A DNA stretch of 32,000 nucleotides from Acinetobacter wanghuae (lineage in GTDB: Bacteria > Pseudomonadota > Gammaproteobacteria > Pseudomonadales > Moraxellaceae). Positions within the stretch are counted from its first letter, which is position 1. Each line of letters begins with the position of its first letter. Below are positions 7,392-16,825 of the stretch, piece after piece. Made by a program: the position numbers and the translations under genes. The notes under the pieces are model-generated. The model worked only from the letters and a program-made list of their open reading frames with translations. It ran no database searches and was not told where the DNA came from. The DNA is taken from the NCBI RefSeq assembly GCF_009557235.1, contig NZ_CP045650.1, positions 2,370,001 through 2,402,000 of the forward strand, read 5' to 3'.

Positions 7392-9947
7392 ATGTCCAAG
7401 AGTGGCTTTGGTCAAATGTATCGCAAGTTATCAAGTAAGATGCTTGATCTTGTGGTTACCCCTCACGTTTTGGGGGAAGTACCAACTGAAGCACCTGCTG
7501 CAGCTTCTGAACCAAAACAAAAAGTGGTCTGCTATGTTTTGCAAAACCACTCACGTAGTAATGCCTTGGTGGTCGATGGGGAAACACGTCGCTTAAAACT
7601 GCCTGCTGCACTCGATCCAATGCATTTGGGTCCACATCAAGAAAAAGCATCAGTGTTGTTTTTACAACATCGTGATGAAAATAATTTACTCAGCACACCA
7701 CCGCATGCATTTCCACCGCGTTTATTGCGTTTAATTGAAATTTTAGAAAAAAATCCAGATGTAGATGTCGAACTGATTCCAGTCACTGTCCTTTGGGGAC
7801 GTGATCCTGAAAAAGAAGATTCTTGGTTTAAATTACTCTTTACCGATACATGGTCAACCCCAAGTCGTGTGAAACAATTGGTGAATATTGGCTTACATGG
7901 TCGTCAATCCCATTTAGAGTTTCATAAGGCACAATCCTTACGCGCCTTAATTCAATATGCCAAAAACACGCACCCGAATTCATCGCCTGCCACTTATATT
8001 GTTAGCACACTAAATGACTACTTAGATGGTCAACGTGAAGTGGTGCTCGGTCCCGATTTATCCGACCGTCGTAATGTGATGCATGGACTGATTAAATCAG
8101 TTGATGTGCAAGCCGCGATTCGCAATGAAAGCATTCGTAGTAAAATTAGCATGCTTGAAGCAGAACGTCGTGCGATTGGCTATCTGAATGAAATCGTATC
8201 AGACTATTCACACTCCACCGTTCGTTTTGCCGATAAGCTACTAAATCGTCTGTGGACACAGCTTTATGACGGCGTTGAAGTACATAACTTCAGTACGGTA
8301 CGTGAACTCGCAAAAGATTATGAGATTGTCTATACCCCATGTCATCGCAGTCACATCGATTATTTATTGTTGTCTTATGTGATTTATAGCCGTGGTTTGA
8401 TGGTGCCTTATATCGCAGCAGGTGATAACTTAAATATGCCGTTTGTCGGGCAGATTTTACGTGGTGGTGGTGCATTCTTTATTCGTCGTACTTTCCGCGG
8501 TAATGCCCTGTATACCACAGTGTTTAAAGAATACTTATATAGCGTATTGTCGCGCAATAATCCGCTTGAATACTTTATTGAAGGTGGGCGTTCACGTACA
8601 GGGCGTCTATTACCGCCAAAAACAGGCATGCTTGCCATGACGGTACATGGTCATTTGCGTGGTAAGGCAAAACCGATCGTATTCTTACCGACTTATATTG
8701 GCTATGAACGCCTGATGGAAGGTGGCACTTATGTCGGTGAAATGAACGGGAAAGAAAAAGAAGCCGAATCCATCTTCGGGATTATTAAAACCTTACGTAA
8801 AATTGAGCGCATTTTCGGTAAAGTACATTTGAACTTTGGTGAGCCTGTTTTCCTTGATGATATTTTAAAACAGCACGGTGCTGAAAATATCAAAATTGAA
8901 AAAAATGACGATCCAATTCCACAAGCTGTTTCAGATGCCGTCAATAGTTCAGCTCAAGCCATTTTAGAAAATATTAACCGTGCTGCGGTGATCAATCCAA
9001 TTTCACTGTTGTCATTGATTTTATTAGCGACACCTAAACATACGCTTGATGAAGAAATTTGTATCAAGCAGCTTGATACCTATCGCAACCTGTTACTTTC
9101 GTTGCCATACGATAACCGTATGCAAGTTACGCCGTTGTCAGGCAAAGAAATCATTGCCTATGCCTTAAAACTGAAGCACATTAAACGTGTGAATCATGTC
9201 TTAGGCGATATTATTGCGATTGAAGATGGTCAAGCCATTCTATTGACATACTTCCGCAACAACATTTTGCATGCGTTCGTTGTACCTTCTTTGGTTGCAG
9301 CACTCGTCAATCACAATGGCATCATTCGTCGTCAAGATGTTGTGAATATGAGCTGTACGCTATATCCATTCTTGAAGGCTGAACTGTTCTTAAAATGGCG
9401 TGAAGATGAAATCTCAGAACAAGTGAATGCGTATATTGATGCATTGACTGCGGCAAAATTGATTTCAATTGAAGGTGAAAACTTAGTTGCACCAACACCA
9501 AACAGTGAAGCGCATCATCAGTTAGAAGTCCTTGCTGCGCCTGTCATGCAAAGTATTGAGCGTTATTACATGACACTTGCACTCATTACACAGCGTGGTT
9601 CAGGCATGATGTCGACACGCCAAGTTGAAGAGCTCAGTCAATTGGTCGGTCAGCGCCTATCGGTGTTATATGAGTTTAATTCACCAGAATTCTTTGATAA
9701 GGCATTATTCCAAACCTTTATTAAGGTGCTGACTCAGAAAGAATATATCCGTACCAATGAAGACAACGCGATTGTGTTTGATGAAAACTTTAGCAATATC
9801 GCAAAATATGCAGATTTGGTATTGGATGAAGTCAAACTCCAAATGCTGCATAACATCACGTCATTTACCGATGAAGAGCTAAAAGAAGCGTTAGAAGCCT
9901 TGGCTGCTGCAAAAGCGAAGAAAAGCCAAAAGCGGAAGAAGAAGTAA
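7392..9947 (+). CDS. plsB: Glycerol-3-phosphate 1-O-acyltransferase PlsB
   Basis: It has the HxxxxD acyltransferase motif (CHRSHIDYLL), FFIRRTF and YFIEGGRSRTGR. I moved the start to ATG 7392, which is preceded by AGGAG at 7382-7386. The ORF-track start at 7290 is a GTG with no SD and adds 34 unconserved-looking residues. Confidence 0.9.
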   Translation: MSKSGFGQMYRKLSSKMLDLVVTPHVLGEVPTEAPAAASEPKQKVVCYVLQNHSRSNALVVDGETRRLKLPAALDPMHLGPHQEKASVLFLQHRDENNLLSTPPHAFPPRLLRLIEILEKNPDVDVELIPVTVLWGRDPEKEDSWFKLLFTDTWSTPSRVKQLVNIGLHGRQSHLEFHKAQSLRALIQYAKNTHPNSSPATYIVSTLNDYLDGQREVVLGPDLSDRRNVMHGLIKSVDVQAAIRNESIRSKISMLEAERRAIGYLNEIVSDYSHSTVRFADKLLNRLWTQLYDGVEVHNFSTVRELAKDYEIVYTPCHRSHIDYLLLSYVIYSRGLMVPYIAAGDNLNMPFVGQILRGGGAFFIRRTFRGNALYTTVFKEYLYSVLSRNNPLEYFIEGGRSRTGRLLPPKTGMLAMTVHGHLRGKAKPIVFLPTYIGYERLMEGGTYVGEMNGKEKEAESIFGIIKTLRKIERIFGKVHLNFGEPVFLDDILKQHGAENIKIEKNDDPIPQAVSDAVNSSAQAILENINRAAVINPISLLSLILLATPKHTLDEEICIKQLDTYRNLLLSLPYDNRMQVTPLSGKEIIAYALKLKHIKRVNHVLGDIIAIEDGQAILLTYFRNNILHAFVVPSLVAALVNHNGIIRRQDVVNMSCTLYPFLKAELFLKWREDEISEQVNAYIDALTAAKLISIEGENLVAPTPNSEAHHQLEVLAAPVMQSIERYYMTLALITQRGSGMMSTRQVEELSQLVGQRLSVLYEFNSPEFFDKALFQTFIKVLTQKEYIRTNEDNAIVFDENFSNIAKYADLVLDEVKLQMLHNITSFTDEELKEALEALAAAKAKKSQKRKKK

Positions 9948-9954
9948 AAGCTTA

Positions 9955-10048
9955 AGATTCCTTCTCTCCTTTAAGGAGAGAGTTAGGGAGAAGTAGGTTT
10001 TGACTTAAAGCCCTCACCCCGACCCTCTCCCATAGGGAGAGGAAGTCT
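9955..10048. repeat. REP-like double-hairpin element, copy 1
   Basis: The hairpins are CTCTCCTT-T-AAGGAGAG (9964-9980) and CCTCTCCC-ATA-GGGAGAGG (10024-10042). It lies between the convergent plsB and SDR genes. It shares motifs with the elements at 15741-15835 and 25725-25835. Confidence 0.7.
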
Positions 10049-10050
10049 AT

Positions 10051-10848
10051 TTACATAAGTTTCAAATAATCCTCAAAACAATCTTGATGCTCTAAGTGAA
10101 ATCCCATCTGCTGCATTCTGCTTGCATACAGCCTTCTCCCTGTCACATGTTCACTCTCTACATTTAAGATAGGGACATCCATTTTCTGCTGAAACCACTG
10201 TAGAATTTCATGCAATAATTTGGGATCACTATTGCTCAAAATATAAGAAGCAGACAGATGTTCCACGTGAATCATCTGTGACAAGAAACGTGATAAATCT
10301 TCAATATGAATTCGATTTGACCAATGCAGATTTGGGTAACTTTGCCTCTTGATCGCCATGTTTTTTAATCGCGTGACTGAAGTTCCGTAAATTCCACTTG
10401 GACGAATAATCGTGCATCGTTCAGGATATGCGGTTAAATATGCTTGTTCCATATGCTGTAAAATTTCACCTTGTGCATCAGTGGGCTGAACAAGTGTTTC
10501 ATCATCTACATCTTCCCCTGCATTTTCACCATACACACGCGTCGATGACACCACTACAATCCGTTGAACAGGATGAAGCTTTAAGGCTTGAAGAATCGGT
10601 TGCACAGAATCGAGATAAGTATGTTGATAATCTTGAATGGTGCTCTGCTTCGGACTAAGTAAAATATAGACCCAATCAATCGGTGCATGATTGGATAAAT
10701 CAAGTTGATGCACATCTTGAATTTGATGAGAGGCAATCACATCTGTTTTAGCACTTTGACTAATTGTGCTAATTTGTTGTCCTTGCTCAAATAAATGTTT
10801 AGCAACACGCTGAGATGTTTTACCATAACCAATAAATAAAATACGCAT
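10051..10848 (-). CDS. SDR/NAD-dependent epimerase-like protein (Rossmann fold)
   Basis: MRILFIGYGKTSQRVAKHL is a Rossmann-type N-terminus, and a later segment reads VVSSTRVYG. I chose the start at Met17 of the ORF-track product (ATG 10848), because the longer form would overlap the recG start. Confidence 0.6.
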   Translation of the reverse strand: MRILFIGYGKTSQRVAKHLFEQGQQISTISQSAKTDVIASHQIQDVHQLDLSNHAPIDWVYILLSPKQSTIQDYQHTYLDSVQPILQALKLHPVQRIVVVSSTRVYGENAGEDVDDETLVQPTDAQGEILQHMEQAYLTAYPERCTIIRPSGIYGTSVTRLKNMAIKRQSYPNLHWSNRIHIEDLSRFLSQMIHVEHLSASYILSNSDPKLLHEILQWFQQKMDVPILNVESEHVTGRRLYASRMQQMGFHLEHQDCFEDYLKLM

Positions 10849-10881
10849 TCGCACCGAATCACTGACTTGAGTTGAGGGGAT

Positions 10882-12927
10882 ATGGCTGCAGTTCATCAGT
10901 TACAAGGCGTCGGCAATGCCGCAGCTGCTTTACTCGAAAAACTAAACATTTTTAATACTGATGATTTGCTTTTTCATCTACCACGTGACTATGAAGACCG
11001 TAGCACGATCATTCCTATGAATCAATTGACCGTGGGACGTAGCTATTTGCTTGAAGGGATCGTCAAAGGTGTGGACTTTCCGCCCGGCAAACGTAAGTCC
11101 ATGGCGGTGCTTTTAGATGATGAATGTGGCAAGGTCACCTTACGTTTTTATCATATCTATAAAGGCATTACGGATCGTTGTAAACTCGGTGCTCGGCTGC
11201 GTATTTTTGGCGAAGTCCGTGTCGGGGCACGTGGTTTAGAAATGTATCATCCTGAGTTACAGGTCATTACTGAACATACGCCATTACCACAAACCGAACT
11301 TACCGCAATCTATCCTGCAACCGAAGGCTTAACGCAACCCAAATTGCGTGAATATATTAAGCAAGCCTTAGCACAATACAGTAACGACCTACCTGAACTG
11401 TTACCCAAAAAATTCACCAATGGTTATGCACTAAAGCAATCCCTTGAATATATTCATCATCCACCTGTGGATGCCAATATGTTGCAGCTTGCACAAGGCT
11501 CACATCCTGCACAGCAACGTTTAATCTTTGAAGAGTTGGTGGCACATCAAATTAGTTTATTGACCCGCCGTGCTTATGTGCAGCAAGTTGAAGCGCCTTC
11601 ATTTACGCCAAGCCAAAACTTTGCCAAACAATTATTAGCGACTTTACCCTTTGAAATGACGGGTGCACAAAAACGGGTATCGAAAGAAATTGCGCAGGAT
11701 TTAAAAGGCAACAAACCGATGCTGCGCTTAGTGCAAGGCGATGTCGGTGCAGGTAAAACCTTAGTCGCAGGGGTTGCAGCTTGTCATGCCTTAGAAGAAG
11801 GTTGGCAAGTGGCATTGATGGCACCGACCGAAATTCTTGCCGAGCAACACTATTTAAACTTTAAAAAATGGCTTGAGCCTTTGGGGTTACATATCGCTTG
11901 GCTGTCTGGCAAGCAAAAAGGCAAAGCCCGTGCTGCCGCAGAACAGATGATTCATGATGGATCTGCGCATATGGTGGTCGGCACACATGCCTTATTCCAA
12001 GACAGTATTGGGTTTGCCAAACTTGGTTTGGTGATTATTGATGAACAACATCGCTTTGGAGTTGATCAACGTCTTGCTTTAAGAAATAAAGGCTTAAATG
12101 GCATGTCACCTCATCAATTGGTAATGACAGCAACCCCTATTCCACGCACGCTTGCGATGTCGGCTTATGGTGATCTTGATACTTCAGTGATTGATGAACT
12201 CCCCCCGGGTCGAACCCCGATTCAAACCGTGACCATCCCACTCGAACGTCGTGAACAAGTCTTACAACGCATCGCAAGCAACTGTGCCGAAGGTAAACAA
12301 GCCTATTGGGTCTGTACTTTGGTTGAGCAGTCTGAAACTTTAGATGCACAAGCTGCTGAAGCCACTTTTGCCGAAATTAAGGAACGCTTCCCCGACTTAA
12401 ATATCGGCTTAGTACACGGCAAAATGAAAGCCGATGAAAAGCAAGCCGTGATGCAGCAGTTTAAAAATAATGAATTACAGCTTCTGATTGCAACCACGGT
12501 GATTGAAGTTGGTGTCGATGTACCTAATGCGTCTATTATGGTGATTGAAAATGCGGAACGTTTAGGTCTCTCACAACTGCATCAGTTACGTGGTCGAGTC
12601 GGTCGTGGTGCAACCGCGAGTTTCTGTGCCCTACTCTATAAGCATCCCCTGTCACAAAATGGACAAGAGCGTTTACGCATTATGCGTGAAACCAATGACG
12701 GATTCTTAATTGCAGAAAAGGATTTAGAAATTCGTGGACCGGGTGAGTTATTGGGGACTAAGCAAACGGGTGATATGAACTTTCGTGTTGCTAAGCTTGA
12801 ACGTGATGATCATCTGCTTAATCAAGCACATTATGTCGCACAGCAAATGTTAAAAGATTATCCAAATCAAGCTGAAGCGCTGTTAAAACGTTGGTTACCG
12901 GAAGCTCCACGTTATGCCTATGTCTAA
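10882..12927 (+). CDS. recG: ATP-dependent DNA helicase RecG
   Basis: The N-terminus has LQGVGNAAAALLEKL and HLPRDYEDRS, followed by Walker A GDVGAGKT, DEQHRFG and the QLHQLRGRVGRG motif. An SD (GAGGGGA) lies upstream of the ATG. Confidence 0.95.
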   Translation: MAAVHQLQGVGNAAAALLEKLNIFNTDDLLFHLPRDYEDRSTIIPMNQLTVGRSYLLEGIVKGVDFPPGKRKSMAVLLDDECGKVTLRFYHIYKGITDRCKLGARLRIFGEVRVGARGLEMYHPELQVITEHTPLPQTELTAIYPATEGLTQPKLREYIKQALAQYSNDLPELLPKKFTNGYALKQSLEYIHHPPVDANMLQLAQGSHPAQQRLIFEELVAHQISLLTRRAYVQQVEAPSFTPSQNFAKQLLATLPFEMTGAQKRVSKEIAQDLKGNKPMLRLVQGDVGAGKTLVAGVAACHALEEGWQVALMAPTEILAEQHYLNFKKWLEPLGLHIAWLSGKQKGKARAAAEQMIHDGSAHMVVGTHALFQDSIGFAKLGLVIIDEQHRFGVDQRLALRNKGLNGMSPHQLVMTATPIPRTLAMSAYGDLDTSVIDELPPGRTPIQTVTIPLERREQVLQRIASNCAEGKQAYWVCTLVEQSETLDAQAAEATFAEIKERFPDLNIGLVHGKMKADEKQAVMQQFKNNELQLLIATTVIEVGVDVPNASIMVIENAERLGLSQLHQLRGRVGRGATASFCALLYKHPLSQNGQERLRIMRETNDGFLIAEKDLEIRGPGELLGTKQTGDMNFRVAKLERDDHLLNQAHYVAQQMLKDYPNQAEALLKRWLPEAPRYAYV

Positions 12928-13549
12928 TTTAATTAAGCAAGCGAAAACTTGGCTGCAGCAGTTACAGCCTTGCCAACTCTGTGGTAGTGATTATCAGCAC
13001 ATTCATTCTGTATGTGAGGATTGTTGGTCACAGCTCCCTTGGGCAAAAACCACAGTGCAACGTCAGGAAATGCAGGTTCATATTGCCTGTGACTATACCT
13101 ATCCGATGGATCGAATGATTCAACTGTTTAAATATGAACAAAAACTACATTTGCAAAATGTGTTGGCAGGGACATTACTCAGTTTAAGGCTGCCCAAAGT
13201 CAGTGCGATCGTGCCTATGCCTATCTCAACAGAACGTTTGGTCGAGCGTGGTTATAACCAATCGTTGGTCTTAGCGAAACACGTTGCTAAACATCTGAAC
13301 GTTCCAATTTGGCAGCCGATTACCCGACGTTCACAGCACTCACAAAAAGGCTTAAGTCGACTTGAACGTATGGACGATATCGAAGCGCAATTTGAAATCA
13401 GCACACAGTCTAAATTATGTTATCGACGTGTGCTGATTATTGATGATGTCGTCACCACAGGCAGCTCAATTCACGCACTTAAGCTCAAACTTGAAGCCTT
13501 AGGTTGTCGAGAAATTTATGCTGCCTGTATTGCGGGGGCAAAAATTTAA
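12914..13549 (+). CDS. comF: ComF-family protein (phosphoribosyltransferase-domain competence protein)
   Basis: It has an N-terminal Cys cluster (CQLCGSD...CEDCWSQLPW) and a PRT motif (VLIIDDVVTTGSS). It overlaps the recG stop by 14 nt. Confidence 0.8.
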   Translation: MPMSNLIKQAKTWLQQLQPCQLCGSDYQHIHSVCEDCWSQLPWAKTTVQRQEMQVHIACDYTYPMDRMIQLFKYEQKLHLQNVLAGTLLSLRLPKVSAIVPMPISTERLVERGYNQSLVLAKHVAKHLNVPIWQPITRRSQHSQKGLSRLERMDDIEAQFEISTQSKLCYRRVLIIDDVVTTGSSIHALKLKLEALGCREIYAACIAGAKI

Positions 13550-13550
13550 A

Positions 13551-13952
13551 TTAAGCCTGTGCCAAAAGATGAGACTTAACCCAAGGCATCACAATCTCAG
13601 TAGTTAGCGGTGCAAGTCGGGTTTCTTGATCATCTAAATCTATCCATTTCATTTCAGCTATTTCGGCTTCAATCTGTGGCATTTGATTTAATGTCACATG
13701 ATAAACATAGCTGATCAATTGATGATCTGGCTCATTGGCGGTTTTAGTTTCAAATCGTCCAATAAAAGATTCAATCTGAATATCACAGCAAATCTCTTCT
13801 TTAATTTCACGCACGATGGTCAGTTCAGGGGCTTCATTGGGTTCAAGCTTGCCACCGACTTGCATAAAACAATCGGTATTCTTTTTACGCACGACCAGAA
13901 GCTGATTAGCATCATTTAAAATAATGGCTGCAGCAACAGTGATAATTTTCAT
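13551..13952 (-). CDS. Nudix hydrolase
   Basis: The Nudix box is GGKLEPNEAPELTIVREIKEEICCD (Gx5Ex7REUxEExGU pattern). Confidence 0.8.
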   Translation of the reverse strand: MKIITVAAAIILNDANQLLVVRKKNTDCFMQVGGKLEPNEAPELTIVREIKEEICCDIQIESFIGRFETKTANEPDHQLISYVYHVTLNQMPQIEAEIAEMKWIDLDDQETRLAPLTTEIVMPWVKSHLLAQA

Positions 13953-13972
13953 TGTGAAGGTGTGTTCCTTTT

Positions 13973-14575
13973 TTAATCAGTTGATTTCACAAGGTCTTGC
14001 TGATCAACCATGCCCCATTTCGCTTGTGGTGCTGCATAGTGATCAAACTGATTCAAAATCTCAGTGAAGTCTTCGCTGACAATCAATTTCTCAGTAAAGC
14101 GTTCTTTGGTAAAACCTTGTTCTGTGGTGTGCTGAATAAATTGAATTAAGCCGGTATAAAAATCTTGAACATTTAAAAATGCACATGGTTTTTCGTGAAT
14201 GCCCAATTGCGCCCATGTCCATTGTTCAAAAATTTCTTCCAAAGTGCCTACTCCACCCGGAATTGCAACAAAACCATCTGAAAGTTCAGACATTTTGGTT
14301 TTGCGCTCATGCATATTTTCAACCACGTAAAGCTCGGTTAAACCCGGGTGTGCCAACTCACGATCGACCAATTGTTTAGGAATAACCCCGATGACTTGAC
14401 CACCTGCAGCTAAAGCTGAATCTGCAATAATGCCCATTAAGCCCGAACGTCCACCACCATAAACGAGACATTGCCTACGTGCTGCTAACGTTTGCCCGAC
14501 ATGTTCAGCAATTTTTGCATAAATAGGATCTGAGCCTAGTGCAGAACCACAAAAAATTGCGATAGAATTCATCAT
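13973..14575 (-). CDS. LOG-family (TIGR00730) nucleotide phosphoribohydrolase
   Basis: It has the motifs VYGGGRSGLMG and PGGVGTLEE, and the typical length of about 200 aa. Confidence 0.85.
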   Translation of the reverse strand: MMNSIAIFCGSALGSDPIYAKIAEHVGQTLAARRQCLVYGGGRSGLMGIIADSALAAGGQVIGVIPKQLVDRELAHPGLTELYVVENMHERKTKMSELSDGFVAIPGGVGTLEEIFEQWTWAQLGIHEKPCAFLNVQDFYTGLIQFIQHTTEQGFTKERFTEKLIVSEDFTEILNQFDHYAAPQAKWGMVDQQDLVKSTD

Positions 14576-14725
14576 TATTCACCCTCACAAACAAAGCCTG
14601 CCAATGAATATGGCACTTTAAGACTTTTTTTAAAAAAATAACCGTTCAACCCGTGTTTTTATTCAATTCCTTGTCTAAAATACACCCATTCGGATTTACA
14701 TACTGCGCAAGGGAGAAAAGACGGC

Positions 14726-15739
14726 ATGCTTGAAGCCTTTTACGCCACAGAGCGCGGTAGTTTAGAAGACGTCACAATTAATGGCGACTTTGATTTACAT
14801 AAAGATTTAGTTTGGCTCGATTTAATTGCACCTTCACAAGAAGAGCAGCAATGGATTTTAGATGCCTATGATCAAAATTTACCGACACTGAAATCTCTCG
14901 AAGACATTTCATCAAGTGCGCGATTCTATCGCGATGATGATGGTATTTTACATATCAGCACCTACTTTTTGACAAAAAATAAAAATTATCAAGTCGATGA
15001 TGAAAGTGAAGATCAATCGAGTATTTTAGCCACTGTACAAACGGTTGCTTTCATTTTACATAAGGAACATTTGTTTACTTTACGTGGTGAAAAACTAGTG
15101 GCATTCCGTGCATTTAGAGCACGTGCCCGCCGCAATGACTACGAAATTGATTACAAAGATCCAACCTGGATTTTGCTTGGTTTACTTGAAGCCAAACTGG
15201 ACGAACTTGCAGATATTTTAGAAGACGTCCATAAGGATCTAGAGAAATACTCCACCGAAGTACTGAATAACCGCCATCGTGAACAGATTCTCGATCTAGA
15301 TGACATGATTACCCGCCTTGCGCAATTAGAAGACATGCTAGGTAAAGCACAGCTATGTTTAATTGATTTACGCCGTGTACTCACCTTTTTATCGCGTCCT
15401 CGTGCTTTAGGCAGTCATATCTATGATGCGGACATTCGAGAATTGAGTGAAGATGTGCGCTCATTGGTCGAGCATGATGCCTTTTTATTCCAAAAGGTAC
15501 GCTTCTTACTGGATACCACTTCAGGGTTCATTAACACCGAACAGAATGACACGATTCGTCGATTCTCGATTTTACCGAGTATGCTCGCGCCACCGATGTT
15601 GGTTGCCAGTGTCTATGGTATGAACACCGATGTACTGCCATTTGCACAAGGCACAACCAGCTTTGTCATTGTCGGTATTATTTTGCTCGCGTTCTTTATT
15701 GGACCATTGATTTACTTTAGATGGAAAAAATGGATTTGA
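14726..15739 (+). CDS. corA: CorA-family divalent metal ion transporter
   Basis: It has the C-terminal YGMN signature followed by a second TM helix and a basic tail (FRWKKWI), plus a large cytoplasmic N-domain. Confidence 0.8.
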   Translation: MLEAFYATERGSLEDVTINGDFDLHKDLVWLDLIAPSQEEQQWILDAYDQNLPTLKSLEDISSSARFYRDDDGILHISTYFLTKNKNYQVDDESEDQSSILATVQTVAFILHKEHLFTLRGEKLVAFRAFRARARRNDYEIDYKDPTWILLGLLEAKLDELADILEDVHKDLEKYSTEVLNNRHREQILDLDDMITRLAQLEDMLGKAQLCLIDLRRVLTFLSRPRALGSHIYDADIRELSEDVRSLVEHDAFLFQKVRFLLDTTSGFINTEQNDTIRRFSILPSMLAPPMLVASVYGMNTDVLPFAQGTTSFVIVGIILLAFFIGPLIYFRWKKWI

Positions 15740-15740
15740 T

Positions 15741-15835
15741 AGTAAAGTCCTCTCTCCCTGAGGGAGAGAGTTAGAGAGAGGGTAATCAACATAACCTCTC
15801 CCTAGCCCCCTCCTAACAGGAGAGGGAATTGATAA
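15741..15835. repeat. REP-like double-hairpin element, copy 2
   Basis: The first hairpin is CTCTCTCCC-TGA-GGGAGAGAG (15750-15770), followed by GTTAGAGAGAGG, and then an imperfect CTCCT-AAC-AGGAG hairpin. It lies between the convergent corA and mlaB. Confidence 0.65.
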
Positions 15836-15852
15836 AGCATTTCCAAGGCAAC

Positions 15853-15879
15853 AAAAAAGTACCTTTCGGTGCTTTTTTA
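15853..15879. terminator. Putative bidirectional terminator (corA / mlaB)
   Basis: AAAAAAGTACC-TTTC-GGTGCTTTTTT has a 6-bp stem that includes one G-U pair. Confidence 0.55.
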
Positions 15880-15880
15880 T

Positions 15881-16168
15881 TTAGATAATCTGTAAATCAT
15901 TTTCTAAATGACAGGCCTGTATGATATTCATCATCTTGGCAGGAACGGCTTTGAACTGTAAGCCTTTCGCTTGTGGTGTTTGGCGTAACCAACGAATCAA
16001 AACAGCCAACGCCAACGTACTGCCATTTTCAAGCGCAGCCAAATTGACCACAATTGGAAATTGGCGAGATGACTGAATTTCACGCAACCCTTTTACATAG
16101 TAGTCTTCGGCATTGTCATAATCGATCTTGCCTGACACCACCAATTCCTGATCAGAAAATTGAATCAC
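15881..16168 (-). CDS. mlaB: STAS-domain protein MlaB
   Basis: This 95-aa STAS-sized protein is the last gene of the mla cluster. Confidence 0.75.
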   Translation of the reverse strand: MIQFSDQELVVSGKIDYDNAEDYYVKGLREIQSSRQFPIVVNLAALENGSTLALAVLIRWLRQTPQAKGLQFKAVPAKMMNIIQACHLENDLQII

Positions 16169-16180
16169 AGCACATCCCTT

Positions 16181-16825
16181 TTATTTTTTGTCGATATCAG
16201 CATCAGGTTTAAAGTTCGCAATGGCTTTATCTAAATTACCACCGTTACGCTTTACCGTTGCTGCAAACTGATTACGGAACTGTAAACCAAGATCAATACC
16301 TGAAACATTGATATTCCGGATTTTCCATTGCGAACCATGATCTGCCAACTGGAACGAAACAGGAATTTTTTCACCATTGTGTTTAAAGTCCAAGGTCACC
16401 ACTGGATTTTTGCTACCAGTCGCTTTGTATGGACGCAAGGTATAAGTTTGATTGCTGAATTTGGCAAATGCTGAACCATAATTTTCAATTAAGGTTTCAC
16501 GGAAATTCTTTTCAAACTGCGCACGTTGTGCCGCTGAGCTATATTGATTGGTCGCATAAGTTCCCATCACAATACGAGTAAACGATTGTGAATCAATATA
16601 AGGATCTAAATTTTGACGTACAATTGAGCGCGCTAAAGCAGGATTCGCTTGTAATTTTGCATGATCCGCTTTTAAACGTGCAATCAGACTATCTGCAACT
16701 TTTTTCACAAAAGCAGGCGGGGTTTCAGTCGGTGCAGCAAAGACATTACCCGCTACTACAGTTGATAAAATGCCTACAGCTAGTGTTTGTTTCACAAATG
16801 TTTTCACACAAATATCCTCGATCAT
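16181..16825 (-). CDS. mlaC: Periplasmic phospholipid-binding protein MlaC (Ttg2D family)
   Basis: It has a signal peptide (LAVGILSTVVAGNVFA), the Ttg2D-like length, and a TAATG overlap with the mlaD stop. Confidence 0.85.
   Translation of the reverse strand: MIEDICVKTFVKQTLAVGILSTVVAGNVFAAPTETPPAFVKKVADSLIARLKADHAKLQANPALARSIVRQNLDPYIDSQSFTRIVMGTYATNQYSSAAQRAQFEKNFRETLIENYGSAFAKFSNQTYTLRPYKATGSKNPVVTLDFKHNGEKIPVSFQLADHGSQWKIRNINVSGIDLGLQFRNQFAATVKRNGGNLDKAIANFKPDADIDKK

Noticed and set aside
9955-10048. The REP-like elements could be MITEs or IS remnants.
   Set aside because: They have no terminal inverted repeats that bracket the whole unit, no obvious target-site duplications and no transposase fragments. 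Their size and hairpin architecture fit REP/BIME-type repeats better.
10849-10896. A 15-nt head-to-head overlap between the SDR gene (long form) and recG.
   Set aside because: The Rossmann motif starts right after Met17 (MRILFIGYG). The preceding 16 residues look non-conserved, so the shorter start at 10848 removes the overlap. The remaining 33-bp divergent gap is tight but not impossible.
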